Below are positions 39,573 to 53,105 of a stretch of 64,000 bases of DNA, in pieces (position 1 is the first letter of the stretch; every line of letters starts with the position of its first letter). Below the pieces are notes generated by a model. The model made no database searches. It saw nothing but the letters and a program-made list of their open reading frames with translations, and was not told the DNA's origin. The stretch lies in NCBI GenBank assembly GCA_951406725.2, contig OX597820.1, positions 101,618,001 through 101,682,000 of the forward strand. The letters run 5' to 3'. The DNA is from Octopus vulgaris (Eukaryota). A program made the position numbers and the translations under genes.

Positions 39573-39636
<64 letters not shown>

Positions 39637-40036
39637 ATACAGATGTTCTAGCCTAATAAGGATGCCTGCCAGTTTACGCACCAATGAAGCATGCATAATT
39701 ATGGAAATACACGCACGCACACACGCACACACACACACACACACACATGCATAGATACCTAAAGAGAAAACAAGAGTATATATATAGATATATAGGTACA
39801 TACATGTACTTAAATACATATATGCATACATCACAATATCACAGTATCGACCAGGCCATCAGATTATGTTATGCACCACTGGTCACAGTTCTGTCTTAAC
39901 TGGACCATTCTTTTCTAGCTTGACCTAAATTACTGAACTAAATTGTCTTCCCATCGTCGTGGACATCTTCTAAGTGGCCTTGTTTGCAATCAGTAAAGCC
40001 TTGCGACATATATACACACATGCATACATACATACA

Positions 40037-40072
<36 letters not shown>

Positions 40073-40131
40073 TAAATTAATGAATAAAATATACAGACAT
40101 ACAAGTATATACACATACACATATGAATATC

Positions 40132-40194
<63 letters not shown>

Positions 40195-40240
40195 ATTATA
40201 TATTTATAATCAAAATAAGCAACAAGGATATCCAGAGGTA

Positions 40241-40329
40241 ATACAGTACGATCGTTTCATGCGACTCCATTTAATTGAACAATGCGAACATTACATCAAT
40301 TTAAAATGTAGAGCAATCTTCAGCTACAT
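40241..40329 (-). ncRNA. Type-I hammerhead ribozyme motif
   Basis: Minus strand: AUGUAG-CUGAAGA-UUGC...GCAU-GAAA-CGAUCG-UA-CUGUAU. Palindromic stem III ACGAUCGU; U-U mismatch at the base of stem II. Confidence 0.78.
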
Positions 40330-40686
40330 AAAAATATAGAATTTAGTTAAATTTGAAGGACTCATTTGTATGATTTTCCTTTTATTCAAAATCACCAAGA
40401 GGATAAGTAGATAGACAAAGAACATGTTTTATCAACAACATCACAGTTGTAACTGAGATTTTTTCAAAAAAGACACTGCTTATCACTGATTATTTCTATT
40501 ATTCAGATTTACTAGTGGTGGTGGGAGAATGTTTAGGTTTAATTTATAGACTAATTTATCAAATCTAAGAGAAACCAGAGTATATCCTTTATGGATAGGG
40601 CAAAATAGATAGACAATTTAAGTGGCTTACTAAATTCTGGTGCCTTTAACTTAAGTACCATATTCACCTGAATCTAAATTTTACTA

Positions 40687-40750
<64 letters not shown>

Positions 40751-40779
40751 TACATATATATATGTATATGTATATATAC

Positions 40780-40822
<43 letters not shown>

Positions 40823-40872
40823 ACATATATACATACACACACACATAAACACACACAGACACACACACGCAT

Positions 40873-40937
<65 letters not shown>

Positions 40938-41220
40938 CTCTTTTACTCTTTTACTCTTTTACTTGTTTCAGTCATTTGACTGCGGCCATGCTGGAGCACC
41001 GCCTTTAGTCAAGCAAATCAACCCCGGGACTTATTCTTTGTAAGCCCAGTACTTATTCTATCGGTCTCTTTTGCTGAACCGCTAAGTGACGGGGACGTAA
41101 ACACACCAGCATCAGTTGTCAAGCAATGCTAGGGGGACAAACACATACAGACACATACACATATATATACATATATACGACAGGCTTCTTTCAGTTTCCG
41201 TCTACCAAATCCACTTACAA
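40938..41220 (-). mobile_element. SINE family A, 5'-truncated
   Basis: (CTCTTTTA)n tail and body match 57064-57500. Confidence 0.88.
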
Positions 41221-41406
41221 ATACACTTCCATAAATACATATGTACATACATACATACAGGTATAAAAACAGACATGCATATATAATTACATATATATAC
41301 ATACACGCATACATGTATAACAAAATATGATAGCAGAGTGTGTAAAGTAATATTTAAGTTGAATGATTAACTTAAAACCAACTGGAATTAATTCCAACCT
41401 TTTCAG

Positions 41407-41586
41407 CTGCTATTGCTAGACAGCCGTTCATCCGACCTTTCAACAGGTCTTGTTTTTAATTTTGTTGGGTTTCTAGCAACGCTCCTCATCGGATATCCAG
41501 GTGGGGTTGCCAGTTTAGTTGCTGACAACCCAACCATGCAACTGGTTGTACTGGATTCCATGTTACCAACAGCACTTGAGAGCCTT
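41407..41586 (+). other. Candidate 180-nt exon
   Basis: ttccaaccttttcag acceptor, CTT|GTAAGT donor; open in phase 0 (LLLLDSRSSDLSTGLVFNFVG...); no homology recognised. Confidence 0.3.
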
Positions 41587-43937
41587 GTAAGTGACCTGAC
41601 ATACAGACAGACATACATAGATACATACATATATATTTGCATACTTACAAGCACATACATACAGACATACATACATGCATACATACATACATGCATACAC
41701 ACATACATGCATGCATACATACATACAGACATACATGCATGCATACATACATACATGCATGCATGCATGCATACATACATACGTACATACAGCATGCATA
41801 CTTGCATGCATGCATACATACATACATACATACACAATTACATATATACATACAAACATACACACACACATACATATATACATGCATACATAAATACATA
41901 TGCACATACATGCAGATTCATACATGCATGCAAACACACATACATACACATATATACACACATACATATGCACCACCAGTTTTAGACGTATCAGTTTTCC
42001 GATTCAGTGTTCTGTCCGACATTTGAAATCAGGATAAAAATTCTTAAAATATTTGAAACGAACTCAAAATAAAGAAACAGGATAGAAATTGATTGTTGCA
42101 TAACAAAATATGATAGAGTGTGTAAAGTAATATCTATGTTGACCGATTTCTCAATCACAATGTGACTAACATCTCAGGTGTGGCAGTATTGGTTGACGAT
42201 ATGAAATTACGCCAGGTATGTTCATTATTCTCGATAATTTAAGGAAAGTGATCCTCTCTAAAATTAACGATGATTATCTTGTTGCTGGTGGTGGTGGTGT
42301 TTTGTGTGTGTGTATTTGATATTGTTGGCATTGTTGTTATTGTTGTTGCCCTCTCTTCCAGTTATCTGATCAAATGGCTGAATTGCAGCCACACCTATAT
42401 TGTCCCTGATATACATATGACTGCATCAAGCTGACACCATAGAGCACGGGTTCGATGTGTGTCGCGGGAAATGCGGCCACGTCTACCTCTTGTGCTATCT
42501 CTAGTGAACATTTAATTCTAGTGAGTTCTAATTTTAGATGTTGTTGTCCAGCTCCCACATCATCTCTAATCCAGAAATAATTTGCTTAAAGACGTTCTAG
42601 CCATGACCATCCTGTCTTTTGGCTATGAGTAATGTTGAAATTACATTATCTACAATAACCTTTCTTTCTTATAAGAGTAAGGCGTGAGCTGAGTGAGGTT
42701 TAGCTGCTTTTTCTATCGGGTCTTCATGATAGCCAATTGACAGCTTTGCAGTAATTGTTGCGGTTCTCTATGTTCTAAGATCAAATCCACCTGAAGTCAA
42801 ATTCTTTCAGGGTCAATTGATAAACTACTAGATATAGCTACCTCATCTAAGAACTGCACTGATCCCATTAAGGGCCCAACGCAAGGCATTTAAATAAATC
42901 GCAGAGTTGGTCTGAGCAGAAATGTGTAGGTTGGTTGTGGTTGTGGTTGTGGTAGTGTTGATGATGCAGGTGGTGGTGGTGGTGGTGGTGGTGTTGGTGG
43001 TGGTGATGGTATAGGTTGCAGAAGTGATGGTGGTTGGGGTCATGGTGATAGTGGTGGTCCTTTTTGCAAGGAAAGGTCAGTTTTGGAGTAGTTGTAGCTG
43101 TTTGGCCACAATTCAGCCCAGGTCCTTCAAACGTAGAATCAAAGACACTCCATCCATGACATACTCTTTGGATTAACTTTTCACACTATCCCACCACTGG
43201 TTGAAAATATTAAGTAGCAATAATATACTGTTCCTGTTTATCTCATCTAATTCTCTTTCTCAGGTTTTGAGGCATTGTGTAGGCTATGGGCACTGCCTTA
43301 CTTTCTTTCACTAATTAATTAGCATGCTTTATGCACAAATACTTTATATGCATATATATGTGCATTAGTCTTTGATTGTTACATGCACATGTATATGTTT
43401 ATTTGTTTGTGTTCGTACATACATAAAAACAACACAAGAATCTCAAAACGAACTTCAATACAATATATCTCAAAATAACGAGGGGAATATCCGAGTGGAT
43501 TTTGACATCAAATTACCAATCGAACCCCGATGGATCCAGGTACACTCCAAGGCTGGCCATTTTGCTGGTTCACAGTCTATTCAATGTGAAATTTCTTTTC
43601 ATCAGTGAACAGCAGTTAGGGCAGCATGCCTTCAACAATCTCCTTGGAGAGTATTAAGATTGTATTTCGGTCTAGAGTCATTATCTAATCCATAAATCTG
43701 AATTTATTTGGTCTGAAGCAAACACAAGACACACTATCTATTGATAGTCATTAAAGCCCGAAACTTTGGTTCCCTTAATTTCGGAACACCTTCTATAAAC
43801 CCCCAACTCACGCATTATCATTATTTCCTTCTCTCTTCCTCCCACTCCACAATTTCTCTCTCTCACCCCACTCTCTTTCTCTCTCTGTATATACATATAT
43901 ATATATATATACTTTATTTAAAAGCAGAAGAAATATA

Positions 43938-43988
43938 ACAAAAGCTGTTACTCAGAGTTTCACGTTCCCGTTTGTCAGACAGTTTTGT
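43938..43988 (-). ncRNA. Minimal type-I hammerhead motif (G8 replaced by A)
   Basis: Minus strand: AAAACUGU-CUGACAA-ACG(GGAA)CGU-GAAA-CUCUGAG-UA-ACAGCUUUUG. Confidence 0.7.
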
Positions 43989-44002
43989 GCTTACTCCAGT
44001 TC

Positions 44003-44033
<31 letters not shown>

Positions 44034-44038
44034 CACAC

Positions 44039-44093
<55 letters not shown>

Positions 44094-44171
44094 CATATAT
44101 GTATATATACATACATATATATATATATGCACGTATCCATATATATATATATATATATATATATACACGTA

Positions 44172-44641
44172 TATGGAGCCAGCCTACGTATGCATACCTT
44201 CCCTTCTTGGGACACAAAACTCTACTTGTGAAGACCTGTTGAGGCAAGTGAGATCAGAATCGAAATCGATCAATGGAAATTGCAGATGTGTTACCAGTGC
44301 CGGTGGCATGTAGGAGAACCTTCCGTTTCGCGACCGTTGCCAGCGCCGCCCCGACTGGCCTCGTGCCGGTGGCATGTAAATAGCACCATCCGTTCGTGTC
44401 CGTTGCCAGCCTCGCCTGGCCCTCGTGCCGGTGGCACATAAATAGCACCATCCGTTCGTGGCCGTTTGCCAGCTCTGTCTGGCACCTGTGCGGGTGGCAC
44501 GTAAAAAGCACCCACTACACTCACGGAGTGGTTGGCGCTAGGAAGGGCATCCAGCCGCAGAAACACTGCCAGATCTGACCGGGCCTGATGAAGCCCTCCG
44601 GCTTCACAGACCCCAGCAGAACCGTCCAACCGGTTCTAAAC

Positions 44642-44676
<35 letters not shown>
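44172..44676 (+). mobile_element. 3'UTR of a non-LTR element (RTE-like by inference) with four ~60-bp tandem units and (GAT)n tail
   Basis: gtgccggtggcaYgtaaaWagcacc repeated; tail (gat)n; second shorter copy in opposite orientation at 44686-44848. Confidence 0.7.
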
Positions 44677-44677
<1 letters not shown>

Positions 44678-45073
44678 ATATATATATCATCATCATCATT
44701 CAGCGTCCGCTTTCCATGGGTTGGACGGTTCAACTGGGGTCTGGGAAGCCAGCAGGCTGCACCAGGCCCAGTCTGATCTGGCAATGCTTCCACGGCTGGA
44801 TGCCCCTCCCAACGCCAACCACTCCGTGAGTGTAGTGGGTGCTTTTTATATGTATGTATGTATGTATATAAACAAGGATAAAATCGTTAATTTAATTATC
44901 GATCTTATCAAGTGGCCAGCATGGGAATAAAAACCTTCAAAGGTAATAATTATTATTAAAATTATAATTAAGAGTATCTAAGAGATACCCTATATATATA
45001 TGTATATATATATATATATAATATAAATAATGTATGTATATATATATATATGAATATATAAATAATGTTATGA

Positions 45074-45126
<53 letters not shown>

Positions 45127-45394
45127 AATAATGTTATGATAAAAGCACAACTCTTGTTAAATACAGCTACCCAGGGTTTCCTGGCCAAAACAATAACATA
45201 CACTCAGAGAAAGACTGAGCATAAGAGGAACTAGATGTAGTGTGGCTCAGGAACAGGCAAGTGATGTGTATGGATGAGGACAGCTGTGCATGCATGCATG
45301 CACGGCTGTCATTCAAACATATGTACGTACTCATGAACATACATACATGACTGAAATGCATGTACGTACATATGTACACTGACTGAAACAAATA

Positions 45395-45535
45395 TAAGGT
45401 TGTCCCAAAAGTTCGTAGAAAGTCTTGGAAAATAATGGTCTTTATTTTGAGGAATAATTTTTGTTGTTTTTGTTAGTACTTGGCAACTAAAAATTCAATT
45501 TTAACAAATGTTTACGAACTTTTGGGACAACCTAA
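45395..45535. mobile_element. 141-bp mariner-derived MITE
   Basis: TIRs TAAGGTTGTCCCAAAAGTTCGTA / TACGAACTTTTGGGACAACCTAA with TA flanks. Confidence 0.9.
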
Positions 45536-45849
45536 TAATAGATTACCTACTCGAGTGAAATTATCAGGTAATTTTAGATAAAGAAAATTGGAATAGTAGG
45601 ATGCACTGAACAACAACAACACAACTGTGTGTTTCTGGGCAAAACAAAACTTACCTTCCCTGTTTTACCAGCAACTAAACTGTTTTGCATTTTCATAGCT
45701 TCCAGAACACACAGCTCTTGACCTTCAGATACCACATCACAAGCAGCATATATATATATATATATACTGTCCTATGTCCAAATTTGGTCAAATGCATTAT
45801 TTTCAATATATATTTTTGCGTGCAATACTCGGTTCTTTTGGTCAAACTA

Positions 45850-46110
45850 ATGCTACCATAATCCTTGCCTTCAGTTCATCTTTGGTCTTTCAAGGAGTTT
45901 TAATGTTCCCTCGTTCACCTGTGCCCCACATGTCATAATCAAGAGGTCTGCAATCTGGGGAGTTTGGTGGCCAAATGTAGCGGTGATGTGGTTACAGAAA
46001 TTGTCTAACAGCCATGACTGGGTTCTCCTGCTTGTGCAGCATGGTGCAGAGTCCTGTTGCCCCAAATAGGGTCTTCCAGCATCGGTGGCGACTCGTGTAT
46101 AGGTATAGCG
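45850..46110 (-). mobile_element. Tc1/mariner-superfamily (maT/DD37D-like) transposase fragment
   Basis: QQDSAPC...TQSWL...WPPNSPDCRPLDY..WG across a frameshift. Confidence 0.75.
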
Positions 46111-46227
46111 GAACTGCAGCACCTTCTTTCTTTGTATTTGAACATTATATAATCCTTTAGCTAAATGTCAGTAAAAGGCAAGAAGGATTCCACCAACATC
46201 CTACTACTGTCATACCACTCCCGCATT

Positions 46228-46472
46228 TTTCTTCTTCTTCTTCTTCTTCTTCTTCTTCTTCTTCTTCTTCTTCTTCTTCGTCTTCTTCTCCTCCTTCTTC
46301 TTCTTCTTCTTCTTCTTCTTCTTCTTCTTCTCCTTCGTCTTCTTCTCCTCCTTCTTCTTCTTCTTCTTCTTCTCCTTCTTCTTCTTCGTCTCCTCCTCCT
46401 CCTCCTCCTTCTTCTTCTTCTTCTTCTTCTTCTCCTCCTTCTTCTCCTTCTTCTTCTTCGCCGCCGCCGCCG
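46228..46472. repeat. (CTT)n/(CTC)n microsatellite
   Basis: Direct tandem repeat. Confidence 0.97.
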
Positions 46473-46826
46473 TCTCTTTTCTCGACTACTACTCCTGCTT
46501 AAACAATCAAACCCAAAAACTCATATCAAATACGAAAACTACTACTATCTACTACCTACTACATGAGTAAAAAAAGAGAGACAGAGACAGACAAAAAGAA
46601 ATAAAATGTTCCTTGCATTTGAATACTATGAATACATTTTTTAAAAACATTTAATTTATTTTGTCCACAATTTAGTTGTTTTCCATGCTTTACTCTAAGC
46701 TGAAAAAGTCGCAAAGGCAGAAACCGGTACTAAAATGCTCTACATGATAAAACTATTTTGCCATTTTCTACATTGTCTTATTTTTCTTTTACATATCAAC
46801 TCGTGCGTTCCTCTTCAACCTTCTAC

Positions 46827-46868
<42 letters not shown>

Positions 46869-46996
46869 ACGTATGTGTGTATGTATATATGTATGTATAT
46901 GTATATATATTTATATGCATATATATGTATATATATACATATACACGTATGTATATTTATATGTATGTGTGTGTATTTGTATATCATCATCATTGT

Positions 46997-47320
46997 GAAG
47001 GCGCGTAGCTTAGTGGTTAGGGTATTGGGCTCACAATCGTAGGGTCACGTGTTCGATTCCCGGCGGTGCGTTGTGTCCTTGAGCAAGACACTTTATTTCA
47101 CGTTACTCTAGTCCACTGAGCTGGCAAAAATGAGCTGTACCTGTATTTCAAAGGGGCCAGCCTTGTCACACTCTGTGTCACACTGAATCTCCCAGAGAAA
47201 TATGTGAAGAGACACGCGTGTCTGAGGGATGCTCAGCCACTTGCACGTTAATCTCACGGGCAAGCTGTTCCATGGATCGAATCAACTAGAACCCTTGTCG
47301 TTGTAAACGACAGAGTGCCA
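46997..47320 (+). mobile_element. tRNA-derived SINE family C, full length
   Basis: A box tagcttagtgg, B box gttcgattcc, CORE-like tgtgtccttgagcaagacactt; near copy at 52720. Confidence 0.9.
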
Positions 47321-47350
47321 GATATATTTTATTCATTGATGTGTGTATCT

Positions 47351-47750
47351 CTTTTACTTTCTTTTACTTGTTTCAGTCATTTGACTGCGGCCATACTGGA
47401 GCACAGCCTTTAATCGAGCAAATCGACCCGGGGACTTATTCTTTGTAAGCCCAGTACTTATTCTATCGGTCTCTTTTGCCGAACCGCTAAGTGACGGGGA
47501 CATAAACACAGCAGCATCGGTTGTCAAGCAATGCTAGGGGGACAAACACAGACACACAAACATACACGCACATATATATATATACATATATACGACGGGC
47601 TTCTTTCAGTTTCTATCTACCAAATCCACTCACAAGGCTTTGGTCAGCCCGAGGCTATAGTAGAAGACACTTGCCCAAGGTGCCACGCAGTGGGACTGAA
47701 CCCGGAACCATGTGGTTGGTAAGCAAGCTACTTACCACACAGCCACTCCT
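47351..47750 (-). mobile_element. SINE family A, full length
   Basis: Reverse complement of 57064-57500. Confidence 0.92.
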
Positions 47751-48370
47751 ATGTATATATGTGTGTGTGTGTGTGTGTGTTTGTGTATGTATGTGTGCGT
47801 GTACATATGTACGTATGTATATATTTAAGTCTTGTTTAGTTTTATGTGTATGTCTATGTATGTGGGTGCATGACTCCATAATCATTCATGCATGCGAGTG
47901 AATATAGGCATTCGCATGCGCATGTATTCGTATACAAATCGTATTCATATTCACTGACACTCTCATTTATGTGTGCGTAGATGTGCGATTATGTTTAAAG
48001 TTTCCGTGTTTGTTTATTTGTGTATTTATTTATTTATTGAGCGGTGTGACGGGCAAATCATTAGAAAAATATCAATTATCCATGTGGCATTGTAATCTTT
48101 TTCCTTTTGTGGTTCGCTCCGGAACAATCCAGAGAAATACTAAAATCAATTGTATGTAAATTTATGAACCCTTGATTTGAAACTGGTTTGGTAGGTGTCA
48201 ACGCACGGAACTCTCGGCCCTTCATTCGCTTTGTAACTTCCGATGATTATTGTTGTTTTATCCAGGTCTTTGTATTTTGAAAGTTTCTCCATTTATTTTA
48301 GAGGCACGTTGTCATCTGCTGGTATTGATACATCAATTAGAAAGCATTTTTTTCTTCGTGATCTCTATTA

Positions 48371-48451
<81 letters not shown>

Positions 48452-48457
48452 CCATCA

Positions 48458-48515
<58 letters not shown>

Positions 48516-48853
48516 ATATTTCAGTATCCTCCCTCAAAACTTGAGAGTCCTACACGGGGTGGATGTAGGTGTCTTCAAATCAAAAATTGGATCTCCTCCT
48601 GACAAGAGTTCCATATGAATCTATCTCGTGCAAGAAACGCAGATGAGGGCAGCAACATCAAGCTTTCTCATTCACTAAATACCACATATCAAAGGAAGCT
48701 TAGTAAAAGCGTAGCAAAGATGATGGCGATGCCCCAGCATGGCCACAGCTCAAGAGCTGAAAGTAGTTAATACACACACACACACACATATGTATATGTA
48801 TACACACACACGCATTGTATGTATGTATGTATGTATTTATGCATGTATGTATG

Positions 48854-48901
<48 letters not shown>

Positions 48902-49301
48902 ACAAGATAAGGGCATATTTGGCGTTAGAATTTTTCTTTTGCCCTTATCTTGTAAATTATTTATAAATTCAACCTTTAAAGGTATTTTTTGATATGCTGG
49001 CCAAAATTTTATCCTACGTTAGTTATATATATTTATATATATATATATTAATAATGAGATTCATTTTTCTTATTTTACTCAGAAATACGGTATATGTCTG
49101 GATATTATACCCCTCCTCTTGCTATCAATTTCAATACACAATCGAAAAAGCTACTAATAGTTCAATAGGCATATCTATAAAGTTCGCCGTGTATCTTAAA
49201 ACAATTTTTCAGGGTATGTTTATGTTTTAAGAAACATGATGTATCTTTCTATCTATCTATCTAGCTAGCTAGCTAGATAGATAGATAGATAGATAGATAG
49301 G

Positions 49302-49381
<80 letters not shown>

Positions 49382-49408
49382 AAGCACTTACCCAAAGTGC
49401 TGCGCTGT

Positions 49409-49479
<71 letters not shown>

Positions 49480-49911
49480 CACATATATATGCATGCATGT
49501 ATGTATGTATGTATGTATGTATGCATGTAGGTAGGTAGGTAGGGAGGTAGGGAGGGAGGGAGGGAGGGAGGGAGGGAGACATATGTATATCATGGTTCAA
49601 TAAAGTGTCGGATCCGTGAAGTAGGTTTGAATGAGAAAATGCGAAAAACTAAGCAAAACTAAATACGCTGGTGAAGTCCCATACCGTTATTACAAATATT
49701 TACTGAATCTCCCCCCACCCCTACCCCCGCCAAAACCCCTTGCTAGCTAAAGAGGACTTCAGAACATCTTTGTCGATAAGAATCAGAATACTCTCCCGAT
49801 TAATCAATGTATTGATTCGAAGTTAAGCTTAATAATTCAGTGACTGTTACATTGAATAAAATGACTTGAAGCTGTTTACTTCAATGTTATATTTGGTTGT
49901 TTCATTTGCAG

Positions 49912-50153
49912 GGCACGCAATCAATTCATGTTACTGCAAATGAAACAGTTTGCAAATCTAAATTATATAATAAAGATCGAACAGTATGAATAAGTATTGC
50001 CATAGTAATTGATCCATATGCTTCAGGTAGGTAAACAGAATGCCGAGAACGAGACATGAAGAGACAAGAAAACAGAACTATGGAGACCAAACAATATGCA
50101 ACTTCACTGAAATGGATTCTGATTACGTTTAATATTTTTCTTCATTTGCCGCA
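49912..50153 (+). CDS. Candidate first coding exon (ATG 50056: MKRQENRTMETKQYATSLKWILITFNIFLHLP), signal-peptide or TM-like
   Basis: tttcatttgcag acceptor, GCA|GTAAGT donor, hydrophobic stretch open up to the donor. Confidence 0.45.
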
Positions 50154-50371
50154 GTAAGTTTCATTTTCTTTCAAACTTCTTCAACTTTTATTGTATCATT
50201 GTTTTTAAAGAAACTTTCTAATATAAACGTAGCAATAAATTAGGATAACACGAAAACATTATTTAACTAGGCAATATAAAATGATTGATTAGGAAAATTA
50301 TAAACAACATGTAGTCAGTAAATGGCATGGAAACAACACTAAACATTTCGCTATTATGCGGTGCATCTGGG

Positions 50372-51873
<1,502 letters not shown>

Positions 51874-52346
51874 ATCTAGAGTACGAAACCTAGTAAATAT
51901 ATTGCTGACAAATTTAGTTTTCGAAGAAAGTTTGATTGCTTGCTTGTCTTTTTACATGCATAACTGCAAGTTATAGTTGAAGTCAATAGCTCAGAGACAG
52001 AATGAATGAACCTCCACAAACTTACTTAACTCTGGCATACATTCATAAAGATATAGCTTTCTGTGATAATCCAACTTCTCTTCTCATTCAAACTTTTTTT
52101 CTTTACTTATGTTCAGTCTAGGTATCTGCCACATAAATCTCACTAGTTTAGATGAAGTTGGTCTACAATATGCACATACATTCACACAAATACACATACA
52201 TACGTGTGTAGGCATGTATGGATGTATGTATATATGTATGTATATTTGTATGTATGTATGTATGTATGTATGTATGTATGTATGCATGCATGCATGCATG
52301 TATGTATATATGTGTGTGTGTATTTTATATATATATATATATATAT

Positions 52347-52388
<42 letters not shown>

Positions 52389-52390
<2 letters not shown>

Positions 52391-52655
52391 AGGCGCAATG
52401 GCCCAGTGGTTAGGGCAGCGGAATCGTGGTCGGAGGATCGCGATTTCGATTCCCAGACCGGGCGTTGTGTGTGTTTATTGAGCGAAAACACCTAAAAGCT
52501 CCACGAGACTCCGGCAGGGGGTGGTGATCCCTGCTGTACTCGTTCACCACTCTTTCTCCCACTCTTTCTTCTGTTGGCCTGCTCGCTAAAACAATGCGAA
52601 CGCATTGTGACCAGCGATATGTAACAACATGTGATGGTCTGGTCGGTCACGTGAT

Positions 52656-52663
<8 letters not shown>
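52389..52663 (+). mobile_element. tRNA-derived SINE, head type D with tail type 2
   Basis: A box tggcccagtgg, B box gatttcgattcc; head shared with 58180, tail tgtgaccagcg...ggtcacgtgat. Confidence 0.85.
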
Positions 52664-52701
<38 letters not shown>

Positions 52702-52719
52702 TTCTGTATGTGTGTGTGT

Positions 52720-53040
52720 GAAGGCGCGTGGTTTTAGTAGTTCGGGCATTCGCTCACGATCGTAATGTCGTTAGTGCAATTCCCGGCAACGCGTTGTGTC
52801 TTTGAGCAAGACACTTTATTTCCCGTTATTCCAGTCCACTCAGCTGGCAAAAATAAGTAGTACCTGTATTTCAAAGGGCCAGCCTTGTCACACTCTGTGT
52901 CACACTGAATCTCGCTGAGAACTACATTAAGGGTATACGTGTCTGTGGAGTGCTCAGCCACTTGTACGTTAATTTTACGAGCAAGCTGTTCCGTTAATCG
53001 TATCAGCTGGGACCCTCATCGTCGTAAGCGACGGAGTGCT
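52720..53040 (+). mobile_element. SINE family C, full length
   Basis: Collinear with 46997-47320. Confidence 0.9.
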
Positions 53041-53105
53041 CCTACTGTATGTGCGTGTGTGTAGGTATGTATACACACGTGCACACTCACACACACACAC
53101 ATATA

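Noticed and set aside
41460-41500. ccgatgag-gagcgttgct-agaaac on the minus strand as a hammerhead
   Set aside because: No stem III or stem I partner follows GAAA.
42370-42558. 62-aa ORF faintly like an APE endonuclease N-terminus (DVAAFPATH)
   Set aside because: Similarity too weak to call.
44360-44512. Tandem ~60-bp units as a CRISPR array or pistol ribozymes
   Set aside because: Eukaryotic context, the spacers are homologous and there are no cas genes; the pistol P2/P3 stems are absent.
44585-44610. ctgatga-agcc-ctcc-ggct hammerhead-like string
   Set aside because: No GAAA, and the sister copy reads ctggtgca, so it is a chance match.
46997-47065. tRNA gene
   Set aside because: The A/B boxes belong to SINE heads followed by SINE bodies; no complete cloverleaf.
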